Positions 28,601 through 42,100 of a stretch of 64,000 nucleotides of DNA are shown piece by piece (within the stretch, counting starts at the first letter, position 1; each line of letters opens with the position of its first letter). The notes below the pieces were generated by a model, which ran no database searches, had not been told where the DNA came from, and saw only the letters and a list, made by a program, of their open reading frames with translations. This stretch comes from the human T2T-CHM13v2.0 reference genome, Homo sapiens: NCBI RefSeq assembly GCF_009914755.1, contig NC_060948.1; one strand, written 5' to 3'. The translations under genes were made by a program, and so were the position numbers.

Positions 28601-31600
28601 TCCACCATAGGCCTCAAAGTGCTCCAAATATCCACTTGCAGATTCTACAAAAAGAGTGTTTCAAAACTGCTCAATCAAAAGAAAGGTACAACTCTTTGTG
28701 ATGAATTCACTAATAACAAAGACGTTTCTCACAATGCTTCTCTGTAGTTTTTATGTGAAGATCTTTCCTTTTCTACCATAGGCATCAAAGCACTACAAAT
28801 ATCCAATAGCAGATTCTACAAAAAGAGTGTTTCAAAACTGCTCAATCAAATGAAACGTTCAACCCTGTGAGATGAATGCAGACATTAAAAGATAGTTTCT
28901 CATTATGGTTCTGGGTAGTTTTTATGTGAACTTATTTCCTTTTCCAAAATAGGCCGGAAAGGGCTCCAAGTATCCACTTGCAGATTCTACAAAAAGAGAT
29001 TCAAAACTCCTCAATCAAAAGATAGGTTGAACTCCGTGAGATTAATGCATACATCACAACGAAGTTTCTCAGAGGGCTTCATTGTAGTTTTATGGGAAGA
29101 TATTTCCTTTTCCACTATATGTCTCAAAGATATCCAAATATACACTTGCAGATTCTACAAAATGAGAGTTTCAAAACTGCTCTGTCAAAAAAAGAGGTTC
29201 AGCTGCATGAGTTGAATGCACACATCACAAAGAAGTTTCTCAGAATGCTTCTGTGTATTTTTTATGTTAAGATATTTTCTTTTCCACCATAGGCTGCAAA
29301 GGGCTCCAAATATCCACTTGCAGATTCTACAAAAAGAGATTTTCAAAACTGCTCAATCAAAAGAAAGGCTCAACTCTGTGAGATGAATGCACACAAAACA
29401 AAGGAGTTTCTGCAAATGCTTCTGTGTAGTTTTTAAGTGAAGATACTTCCTTTTCCACAATAGGTCTCGAAGCCCTCCAAATATCCAATTGTGGATTCTA
29501 CAAAAAGAGTGTTTCAAAACTGCTCAATCAAATGGAAGCTTCAACTCTAAGAAATGAATACACACCTGACAAAGAAGTTTCTCAGAATGCTTTTGTGTAG
29601 TTTTTTGGGGAAGGCGTTTTCCTTTCCACCATCGGTCACAAAGGCCTCCAAATAACCACATGCAGATTCTACACAAGGAGAGTTTCAAAACTGCTCTGTC
29701 AAAAGATAGGTTCAGCTCTGCGAGTTGAATGCACACATCACAGACAAGTTTCTCAGAATGCTTCTGTGTAGTTTTCATGTGAAGATATTTCCTTTTCCAC
29801 TTTAGGCCACAAAGCACTCCAAATATCCACTTGCAGAAACTACAAAAAGAGTCTTTCAAAACTGCTCAAGCAAAAGAAAAGTTCAACTCTGTGAGATGAA
29901 TGCACACATCACAAAGGAGTTTCTGAGAATGCTTCTGTGTAGTTTTTATGTGAAATATTTCCTTATCCACCATAGGCTTCAAAGTGCTCCAAATATTCAC
30001 TTGCAAATTATAAAAACAGAATTTTTCAAAAATGCTCAGTTAAAAGAATGTTTCAACACTGTGAGATGAATGCACACATCACAAAAAGTTTCTGGGAATG
30101 CTTCTGTGTGGTTTTTATGTGAGGATATTTCCTTTTCCACCATAGACTACAAAGGGCTCCAAATATCCACTTGCAGATTCTACAAAAAGAGAGTTTCGAA
30201 ATGCTCTATCAAAAGATAGGTTCAAATATGTGATATGAATGCACACATCACAAAGAATTTTCTCAGAATGCTTCTGTGTAGTTTTCATATGAAGATATTT
30301 CCTTTTCCACCGTAGGCCTCAAAGCACTCCAAATATCCACTTGCAGATTCTACAAAAAGAGATTTTCAAAACTAGTCAATCAAAAGAAAGGTTCAACTCT
30401 GTCAGTTGAATGCACATATCACAAACAAGTTTCTCGGAATGCGTCTGTGTAGTTTTTATGTGAAGATATTTCCTTCTCCACAACAGGCCTCAAAGTGCTC
30501 CGAATATCCACTTGCAGATTTTACTAAAGAGTGTTTCCAAACTGCTCAATCAAGAGGAAGTTTCAAGTCTGTGAGCTGAACGCACACATCACAAAGTAGT
30601 TTCTGAGAATGCTTCTGTGTAGTTTTTATGTGAAGATGTTTCCTTTTCCACCATAGGCTGCAAAGGGCTCCAAATATCCACTTGCAGATTCTACAAAAAG
30701 AGAGTTTCAAAAGTGCTCTATCAAAAGATAGGTTCAACTATGTGATATGAATGCACACATCACAAAGTAGTTTCTCAGAATGCTTCTGTGTAGTTTTTAT
30801 GTAAAGATATTTCCTTTTCCACCATAGGCCTCAAAGCACTCCAAATATCCACTTGCAGATTCTACAAAAAGAGATTTTCAAAACTATTTAATCAAAAGAA
30901 AGGTTCAAATCTGTCAGTTGAAGGTACATATCACAAACAAGTTTATTGGAATGCTTCTGTGTAGTTTTTATGTGAAGATATTTCCTTTTCCACAACAGGC
31001 CTCAAGGTGCTCCAAATATCCACTTGCAGATTTCACTAAAAGTGTGTTTCCAAGCTGCTCAATCAAGAGGAAGTTTCAAGTCTGTGAGGTGAATGCACAC
31101 ATTACAAAGAAGTTACTGAGAATGCTTCTGTGTAGTTTTTATGTGAAGATATTTCCTTTTCCACCGCAGGCCTCAAAGCGCTGCAAATATCCACTTGCAG
31201 ATTCTACAAAAAGAGAGTTTCAAAACTGCTGTATCAAAAGATAGGGTCAACTCTGCGAGTTGAATAAACACATCACAAATAAGTTTCTGGGAACGCTTCT
31301 GTATAGTTTTATGTGAATATATTTCCTTTTCCACCATATGCCTCAAAGCACTCCAAATATCCACTTGCACATTATAGAAACATAGTCTTTCAAAACTTGT
31401 CAATCAAAGAAAGGTTCAACTCCGTGAGATGAGTGCACACATCACAGAGAAGTTTCTCGGAATGTTTCTGTGTAGTTTTTATGTGAAGATATTGCCTTTT
31501 CCACAATAGGCCTCAAAGCGTTCCAAATATCCAATTGCAGATTCCACAAAAAAAGTTTTTTAAAACTGCTCAATCAAATGATAGATTAAACTCTGTGAGA

Positions 31601-33145
31601 TTAGTGCACACATGTCAAAAAAGTTTCTCAGAATGCTTCTGTGTACTTTTTAGGGGAAGATATTTCCTTTTCCACCATCGGCCACAAAGGACTCCAAATA
31701 ACCACATGCAGATTCTAGTAACACAGAGTTTCAAAACTGCTCTATCAAAAGATAAGTTCAACTCTGAGAGTTTAGTGCAACCATCGTGAAGAAGTTTCTC
31801 AGAATGCTTCTGAGTAGTGTTTATGTGAAGATATTTCCTTTTCCACCATAGGCCTGAAAGCCCTCCAAATATCCACTTGCAGATCCTACAAAAAGAAAGT
31901 TTCGAAATGCTCTCTCAAACGATAGTTTCGACTCTGTGGTATGAATACACACATCACAAAGAAGTTTCTCAGAATGCTTCTGTGTAGTTTTTAAATGAAG
32001 ATATTTCTTTTTCCACCATAGGCCTCAAAGCACTCCAAATATGCACTTCCAGATTCTACAAAAAGAGTGTTTCAGAACTGCTCAATCAAAAGGAAGGTTC
32101 CAGTCTGAGACAAATACACACATCAAAAGGTAGTTTCTCAGAATGCTTCTGTGTAGTTTTTATGTGAAGATATTTTCCTTTCCACCATAGGCCACAAATG
32201 GCTCTAAATACCCACTTACATTTTCCACAAAAAGAGAGTTTCAAAACTGCTCTACCAAAGGTAAGTTTAACGCTGTGAGTTAAGAACATCACAAAGAAGT
32301 TTCTCAGAATGCTTCTGTGTAGTTCTTACGTAAAGATATTTCCTTTTACACAATAGGCAGAAAAGTGCTCCAAATATCCACTTGAAGATTCTACAAAAAC
32401 CGTGTTTCAAAACTGCCGAATCAAAAGAAAGGTTCAACTCTGTGAGATGAATGCACACATAACAAAGGAGTTTCTCAGAATGCTTCTGTGTAGCTTTTAT
32501 ATGAAGACATTTAGTTTTCCACAACAGGCCTCAAAGCTCTCTCCATATCCACTTGCAGATTCTACCGAAAGAGTGCTTCCAAACTGCTCAATCAAAAGAG
32601 ACATTCAAATCTGTGAGGTGAATGCAGACATCGTAAAGAAGTTTCTCAGAATGCTTCTGTGTATTTTTTGTGTGAAGTTATTCGTTTTTGCACCATAGGC
32701 CTCCAAGCGTTCTAAATATCCACTTCTAGATTCTACAAAAAGAGAGTTTCAAAACTACTCAAACAAAAGGTTCAATTCTGTGAGTTGAAAGCAAACATCA
32801 CAAAGAAGTTTCTCAGAATGCGTCTGTGTAGTTTTGATGTGAAGATATTTCCTTTTCACAGTAGAATGCAAAGGGCTCCAAATATCCACTTGGAGATTCT
32901 ACAAAAAGAGTTTCAAAACCGCTCTGTCAAATGATAGGTTGAACTCCCGGAGGTGAATACACACATCACAAAGAGGTTTCTCAGCATGCTTCTGTGTAGT
33001 TTTTATGTAAACATATTTCCGTTTCTATCATAGGCCTCAAAGTGCTCCAAATATTCACTTGTACATTCTACCAAACGAGTATTTCAAAACTGCTCAATCA
33101 AATGGAAGGTTCAAAACCGTGACATGAATGCCCACATCACAAAGT
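25656..33145 (-). repeat. Edge HOR variant, 7490 bp (44-mer)
   Basis: ORF 26147 recurs at 33637 (offset 7490), whereas ORF 30918 recurs at 36703 (offset 5785). The 1705-bp excess lies at 28596-30300. Confidence 0.93.
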
Positions 33146-36100
33146 AGTTTCTCAGAATGCTTCTGTGTAGTTTTTATGTGAAGATATTTCCTTTTCCACA
33201 ACAGCGTGCAAAACGCTTCAAATATGCCCTTAGAGATTCCACAAAAAGAGTGTTTCCAAACTACTCAAATCAAAAAATGATTTCAACTCTGTGAGATGAA
33301 TGCACACATCACAAACTAGTTTCTCAGAATGTTTCTGCCTGGTTCTCATGCGAAGATAGTTCCTTTTTCACCATAGGCCGCAATGTACTCCAAATATCCA
33401 CCTGCAGATTCTACAAAAGTGAGTTTCAAAACTGCTCTATCAAAAGATCAGTTCGTCTCTGTGAGTTGAATGCATACATCAAAAAGAAGCTTCTCAAAAT
33501 GCTTCTGTGTGGTTTTTCGGTGAAGATAGTTCTTTTTCTACCATAGGTCTCAAACCACTCCAAATATCCACTTGTAGATTCTATAAAAAGGAATGTTCAA
33601 AATTGCTCAATAAAAATAAAGTTTCAACACCGTGAGATGAGTGCACAAATCACAAAGGAGTTTCTCAAAATGCTTCTGGGTAGTTTTTCTGTGAAGATAG
33701 TTCCTTTTCTACCATGGGCCACAAAGGGCTCCAAATACCCACTTGCAGATTCTACAAAAAGAGAGTTTCACAACTGCTCTATCAAACAATATGTTCAACT
33801 TTGTGGGTTGAACACAAATATCACAAGAATTTTCTCCCAATGCTTCTGTGTAGTTTTTATGTGAAGACATTTCTTTTCCCTCCATAGTCCACAAAGTGCT
33901 CCAAATATCCACTTACATATTCTAGAAAAAGATTGCTTGGAAACTGCACAATGAAAAGAAAGGTTCAAATATATGAGATGAATGCACACATCACAAAGAA
34001 GTTTCTCAGAATCTCTCTGTGTAATTTTTATGTGAAGATATTTCCTTTCCCACCTTAGGTCTTAAAACGCTCCAAATATCCACTTGCAGATACTACAAGA
34101 AGATTGTTTCAAAACTGCACAAAAAAAGAAATGTTCAATTCTGTTTGATGAATGCACACATCACAAAGAAGTTTCTCAGAATGCTTCTCTGTAGTTTTTA
34201 TGTGAAGATATTTCCTTTTCCACAATAGGCCTCAAAGGGCTCCAAATATCCACTTCCAGATTCTATGAAAAGAATATTTCCAAACTGCTCAATCATAGGA
34301 AATGTTCAACTCTGTGAGATGAATGCACACATCACAAGAAATTTCTCAGAATCCTTCAGTGTAGGTTTTATGAGAAGATAATTCCTTTTCCACAATAGTT
34401 CTCAAAGCACTCAAAATATCCACTTGCAGATTCTACAAAAGGAGTATTTCAAAACTGCTCAATCAAAAGAAAGGTTCAACTCTGTGAGATGAATGGACAC
34501 ATCACAAAGAAGTTTCTCAGAATGCTTCTGTGTAGTATTTTTGTGAAGATATTTCTTTTCCACCATAGACCGCCAGGGGACACAAATATCCACTTTCAGA
34601 TTCTACAACAAGAGAGGTTCAAAACTACTCGATCAAGAGATGGTTTCAACTATGTGAGTTGAATGCACACATCACAAAGAACTATGTCGGAATTCTTCTG
34701 TGTAGTTTTTATGTGAAGATATTTCCTTTTCCACAATAGACGTCAAAGTGATCCAGATATCCACTTGCAGATTCCACAAAAAGAGTGTTTCAAAAGTGCA
34801 CAACCAAAAGAAAGGTTCAACTAGGTGAGATGAATGCACACATCAGAAGGAAGTTTCTCAGAATGCTTCTGCATAGCTTTTAAGGGAAGATACTTCCTTT
34901 TCCAACATAGGCCTCAAAGCACTCCAAATATCCTCCTGGAGATACCACAAAAAGAGTGTTTGCAAACTGCTCAATCAAAAGAAAGATTTAACTCTGTGAG
35001 ATGAATCCACACATGACAAAGAAGTTTCTCAGAATGCTTCTGTGTAGTTTTTATGTGAAGATATTTCCTTTTCCACAATAAGACCCAAAAGGCTCCAAAT
35101 ATTCACTTGCAGATTCTAAAAAAAACAGTGTTTCAAAACTGCTCAATCAAAAGATAGTTCAACTCTGTGAGAAGAATGCTCACATCACTGAGAAGTTTCT
35201 CAGAATGCTTCTGTGTAGTTTTTATATGAAGATATTTCCTTTCCCACCGTAGGCCACAAAAGGCTCCAAATATCCACTTGCAGATACTATGAAAAGAGAG
35301 TTTCAAAACTGCTCATTCAAAAGATAGGTTCAACTCTGTGGTTTGAATGCACACAGCACAAAGAAGTTTCACAGAATGTGTCTGTGTAGTTTTTATGTGC
35401 GGATGTTTCCTTTTCCACCATATGCCTAAATATTTCCCAATTTCCACTTGCAGATTCTACAAGAAGAGTGTTTCAAAACTGCTGTATCAAATAAAGTTGA
35501 ACTCTGTGAGGTGAATGCACACAGCACAAAATGGTTTCTCAGAATGCTTCCTTGTTGTTTTTATATGAAGATGTTTCCTTTTCAACAATAGGCCTCAAAG
35601 TGCTTCAAATGTCCACTTGCAGATTCTACAAAAAGAGTGTTTCAAAACTGCTCAATCAAAAGAAAGGTTCGACTCTGGGAAATTAATGCACACATCACAA
35701 AGAAGTTTCTCAGCTTCTGTGTAGTTTTCATGTGAAGTTATTTCCTTTTCCACAATAGGCCGCAAAGGGCTCCAAATATCAACTTACAGATTCTAGGAAA
35801 AGAGAGTTTCAAAACTGCTCTACGAAAAGATAGGTTGAACTCTGTGAGATGAATGCACACATCACAAAGAAGTTTCTCAGAATGCATCTGTGTAGTTTTT
35901 ACGGGAAGATATTTCCTTTTCCACCATCTTCCACAAAGGTCTCCAAGTAACCACTTGCAGATTCTACAGAAAGACACTTTAAAAACTGCTCTATCAAAAG
36001 ATCAGTTCAAGTCTGTGGTTTGAATGCACACATCACAAAGAATTTTCTCAGAATGCTTCTGTGTAGTTTTCATATGAAGATATTTCCTTTTCCACCATAG

Positions 36101-39100
36101 GCCTCAAAGCACTCCAAATATCCACTTGCAGATTCTACAAAAAGAGATTTTCAAAACTAGTCAATCAAAAGAAAGGTTCAACTCTGTCAGTTGAATGCAC
36201 ATATCACAAACAAGTTTCTCGGAATGCGTCTGTGTAGTTTTTATGTGAAGATATTTCCTTCTCCACAACAGGCCTCAAAGTGCTCCGAATATCCACTTGC
36301 AGATTTTACTAAAGAGTGTTTCCAAACTGCTCAATCAAGAGGAAGTTTCAAGTCTGTGAGCTGAACGCACACATCACAAAGTAGTTTCTGAGAATGCTTC
36401 TGTGTAGTTTTTATGTGAAGATGTTTCCTTTTCCACCATAGGCTGCAAAGGGCTCCAAATATCCACTTGCAGATTCTACAAAAAGAGAGTTTCAAAAGTG
36501 CTCTATCAAAAGATAGGTTCAACTATGTGATATGAATGCACACATCACAAAGTAGTTTCTCAGAATGCTTCTGTGTAGTTTTTATGTAAAGATATTTCCT
36601 TTTCCACCATAGGCCTCAAAGCACTCCAAATATCCACTTGCAGATTCTACAAAAAGAGATTTTCAAAACTATTTAATCAAAAGAAAGGTTCAAATCTGTC
36701 AGTTGAAGGTACATATCACAAACAAGTTTATTGGAATGCTTCTGTGTAGTTTTTATGTGAAGATATTTCCTTTTCCACAACAGGCCTCAAGGTGCTCCAA
36801 ATATCCACTTGCAGATTTCACTAAAAGTGTGTTTCCAAGCTGCTCAATCAAGAGGAAGTTTCAAGTCTGTGAGGTGAATGCACACATTACAAAGAAGTTA
36901 CTGAGAATGCTTCTGTGTAGTTTTTATGTGAAGATATTTCCTTTTCCACCGCAGGCCTCAAAGCGCTGCAAATATCCACTTGCAGATTCTACAAAAAGAG
37001 AGTTTCAAAACTGCTGTATCAAAAGATAGGGTCAACTCTGCGAGTTGAATAAACACATCACAAATAAGTTTCTGGGAACGCTTCTGTATAGTTTTATGTG
37101 AATATATTTCCTTTTCCACCATATGCCTCAAAGCACTCCAAATATCCACTTGCACATTATAGAAACATAGTCTTTCAAAACTTGTCAATCAAAGAAAGGT
37201 TCAACTCCGTGAGATGAGTGCACACATCACAGAGAAGTTTCTCGGAATGTTTCTGTGTAGTTTTTATGTGAAGATATTGCCTTTTCCACAATAGGCCTCA
37301 AAGCGTTCCAAATATCCAATTGCAGATTCCACAAAAAAAGTTTTTTAAAACTGCTCAATCAAATGATAGATTAAACTCTGTGAGATTAGTGCACACATGT
37401 CAAAAAAGTTTCTCAGAATGCTTCTGTGTACTTTTTAGGGGAAGATATTTCCTTTTCCACCATCGGCCACAAAGGACTCCAAATAACCACATGCAGATTC
37501 TAGTAACACAGAGTTTCAAAACTGCTCTATCAAAAGATAAGTTCAACTCTGAGAGTTTAGTGCAACCATCGTGAAGAAGTTTCTCAGAATGCTTCTGAGT
37601 AGTGTTTATGTGAAGATATTTCCTTTTCCACCATAGGCCTGAAAGCCCTCCAAATATCCACTTGCAGATCCTACAAAAAGAAAGTTTCGAAATGCTCTCT
37701 CAAACGATAGTTTCGACTCTGTGGTATGAATACACACATCACAAAGAAGTTTCTCAGAATGCTTCTGTGTAGTTTTTAAATGAAGATATTTCTTTTTCCA
37801 CCATAGGCCTCAAAGCACTCCAAATATGCACTTCCAGATTCTACAAAAAGAGTGTTTCAGAACTGCTCAATCAAAAGGAAGGTTCCAGTCTGAGACAAAT
37901 ACACACATCAAAAGGTAGTTTCTCAGAATGCTTCTGTGTAGTTTTTATGTGAAGATATTTTCCTTTCCACCATAGGCCACAAATGGCTCTAAATACCCAC
38001 TTACATTTTCCACAAAAAGAGAGTTTCAAAACTGCTCTACCAAAGGTAAGTTTAACGCTGTGAGTTAAGAACATCACAAAGAAGTTTCTCAGAATGCTTC
38101 TGTGTAGTTCTTACGTAAAGATATTTCCTTTTACACAATAGGCAGAAAAGTGCTCCAAATATCCACTTGAAGATTCTACAAAAACCGTGTTTCAAAACTG
38201 CCGAATCAAAAGAAAGGTTCAACTCTGTGAGATGAATGCACACATAACAAAGGAGTTTCTCAGAATGCTTCTGTGTAGCTTTTATATGAAGACATTTAGT
38301 TTTCCACAACAGGCCTCAAAGCTCTCTCCATATCCACTTGCAGATTCTACCGAAAGAGTGCTTCCAAACTGCTCAATCAAAAGAGACATTCAAATCTGTG
38401 AGGTGAATGCAGACATCGTAAAGAAGTTTCTCAGAATGCTTCTGTGTATTTTTTGTGTGAAGTTATTCGTTTTTGCACCATAGGCCTCCAAGCGTTCTAA
38501 ATATCCACTTCTAGATTCTACAAAAAGAGAGTTTCAAAACTACTCAAACAAAAGGTTCAATTCTGTGAGTTGAAAGCAAACATCACAAAGAAGTTTCTCA
38601 GAATGCGTCTGTGTAGTTTTGATGTGAAGATATTTCCTTTTCACAGTAGAATGCAAAGGGCTCCAAATATCCACTTGGAGATTCTACAAAAAGAGTTTCA
38701 AAACCGCTCTGTCAAATGATAGGTTGAACTCCCGGAGGTGAATACACACATCACAAAGAGGTTTCTCAGCATGCTTCTGTGTAGTTTTTATGTAAACATA
38801 TTTCCGTTTCTATCATAGGCCTCAAAGTGCTCCAAATATTCACTTGTACATTCTACCAAACGAGTATTTCAAAACTGCTCAATCAAATGGAAGGTTCAAA
38901 ACCGTGACATGAATGCCCACATCACAAAGTAGTTTCTCAGAATGCTTCTGTGTAGTTTTTATGTGAAGATATTTCCTTTTCCACAACAGCGTGCAAAACG
39001 CTTCAAATATGCCCTTAGAGATTCCACAAAAAGAGTGTTTCCAAACTACTCAAATCAAAAAATGATTTCAACTCTGTGAGATGAATGCACACATCACAAA

Positions 39101-42100
39101 CTAGTTTCTCAGAATGTTTCTGCCTGGTTCTCATGCGAAGATAGTTCCTTTTTCACCATAGGCCGCAATGTACTCCAAATATCCACCTGCAGATTCTACA
39201 AAAGTGAGTTTCAAAACTGCTCTATCAAAAGATCAGTTCGTCTCTGTGAGTTGAATGCATACATCAAAAAGAAGCTTCTCAAAATGCTTCTGTGTGGTTT
39301 TTCGGTGAAGATAGTTCTTTTTCTACCATAGGTCTCAAACCACTCCAAATATCCACTTGTAGATTCTATAAAAAGGAATGTTCAAAATTGCTCAATAAAA
39401 ATAAAGTTTCAACACCGTGAGATGAGTGCACAAATCACAAAGGAGTTTCTCAAAATGCTTCTGGGTAGTTTTTCTGTGAAGATAGTTCCTTTTCTACCAT
39501 GGGCCACAAAGGGCTCCAAATACCCACTTGCAGATTCTACAAAAAGAGAGTTTCACAACTGCTCTATCAAACAATATGTTCAACTTTGTGGGTTGAACAC
39601 AAATATCACAAGAATTTTCTCCCAATGCTTCTGTGTAGTTTTTATGTGAAGACATTTCTTTTCCCTCCATAGTCCACAAAGTGCTCCAAATATCCACTTA
39701 CATATTCTAGAAAAAGATTGCTTGGAAACTGCACAATGAAAAGAAAGGTTCAAATATATGAGATGAATGCACACATCACAAAGAAGTTTCTCAGAATCTC
39801 TCTGTGTAATTTTTATGTGAAGATATTTCCTTTCCCACCTTAGGTCTTAAAACGCTCCAAATATCCACTTGCAGATACTACAAGAAGATTGTTTCAAAAC
39901 TGCACAAAAAAAGAAATGTTCAATTCTGTTTGATGAATGCACACATCACAAAGAAGTTTCTCAGAATGCTTCTCTGTAGTTTTTATGTGAAGATATTTCC
40001 TTTTCCACAATAGGCCTCAAAGGGCTCCAAATATCCACTTCCAGATTCTATGAAAAGAATATTTCCAAACTGCTCAATCATAGGAAATGTTCAACTCTGT
40101 GAGATGAATGCACACATCACAAGAAATTTCTCAGAATCCTTCAGTGTAGGTTTTATGAGAAGATAATTCCTTTTCCACAATAGTTCTCAAAGCACTCAAA
40201 ATATCCACTTGCAGATTCTACAAAAGGAGTATTTCAAAACTGCTCAATCAAAAGAAAGGTTCAACTCTGTGAGATGAATGGACACATCACAAAGAAGTTT
40301 CTCAGAATGCTTCTGTGTAGTATTTTTGTGAAGATATTTCTTTTCCACCATAGACCGCCAGGGGACACAAATATCCACTTTCAGATTCTACAACAAGAGA
40401 GGTTCAAAACTACTCGATCAAGAGATGGTTTCAACTATGTGAGTTGAATGCACACATCACAAAGAACTATGTCGGAATTCTTCTGTGTAGTTTTTATGTG
40501 AAGATATTTCCTTTTCCACAATAGACGTCAAAGTGATCCAGATATCCACTTGCAGATTCCACAAAAAGAGTGTTTCAAAAGTGCACAACCAAAAGAAAGG
40601 TTCAACTAGGTGAGATGAATGCACACATCAGAAGGAAGTTTCTCAGAATGCTTCTGCATAGCTTTTAAGGGAAGATACTTCCTTTTCCAACATAGGCCTC
40701 AAAGCACTCCAAATATCCTCCTGGAGATACCACAAAAAGAGTGTTTGCAAACTGCTCAATCAAAAGAAAGATTTAACTCTGTGAGATGAATCCACACATG
40801 ACAAAGAAGTTTCTCAGAATGCTTCTGTGTAGTTTTTATGTGAAGATATTTCCTTTTCCACAATAAGACCCAAAAGGCTCCAAATATTCACTTGCAGATT
40901 CTAAAAAAAACAGTGTTTCAAAACTGCTCAATCAAAAGATAGTTCAACTCTGTGAGAAGAATGCTCACATCACTGAGAAGTTTCTCAGAATGCTTCTGTG
41001 TAGTTTTTATATGAAGATATTTCCTTTCCCACCGTAGGCCACAAAAGGCTCCAAATATCCACTTGCAGATACTATGAAAAGAGAGTTTCAAAACTGCTCA
41101 TTCAAAAGATAGGTTCAACTCTGTGGTTTGAATGCACACAGCACAAAGAAGTTTCACAGAATGTGTCTGTGTAGTTTTTATGTGCGGATGTTTCCTTTTC
41201 CACCATATGCCTAAATATTTCCCAATTTCCACTTGCAGATTCCACAAGAAGAGTGTTTCAAAACTGCTGTATCAAATAAAGTTGAACTCTGTGAGGTGAA
41301 TGCACACAGCACAAAATGGTTTCTCAGAATGCTTCCTTGTTGTTTTTATATGAAGATGTTTCCTTTTCAACAATAGGCCTCAAAGTGCTTCAAATGTCCA
41401 CTTGCAGATTCTACAAAAAGAGTGTTTCAAAACTGCTCAATCAAAAGAAAGGTTCGACTCTGGGAAATTAATGCACACATCACAAAGAAGTTTCTCAGCT
41501 TCTGTGTAGTTTTCATGTGAAGTTATTTCCTTTTCCACAATAGGCCGCAAAGGGCTCCAAATATCAACTTACAGATTCTAGGAAAAGAGAGTTTCAAAAC
41601 TGCTCTACGAAAAGATAGGTTGAACTCTGTGAGATGAATGCACACATCACAAAGAAGTTTCTCAGAATGCATCTGTGTAGTTTTTACGGGAAGACATTTC
41701 CTTTTCCACCATCTTCCACAAAGGTCTCCAAGTAACCACTTGCAGATTCTACAGAAAGACACTTTAAAAACTGCTCTATCAAAAGATCAGTTCAAGTCTG
41801 TGGTTTGAATGCACACATCACAAAGAATTTTCTCAGAATGCTTCTGTGTAGTTTTCATATGAAGATATTTCCTTTTCCACCATAGGCCTCAAAGCACTCC
41901 AAATATCCACTTGCAGATTCTACAAAAAGAGATTTTCAAAACTAGTCAATCAAAAGAAAGGTTCAACTCTGTCAGTTGAATGCACATATCACAAACAAGT
42001 TTCTCGGAATGCGTCTGTGTAGTTTTTATGTGAAGATATTTCCTTCTCCACAACAGGCCTCAAAGTGCTCCGAATATCCACTTGCAGATTTTACTAAAGA

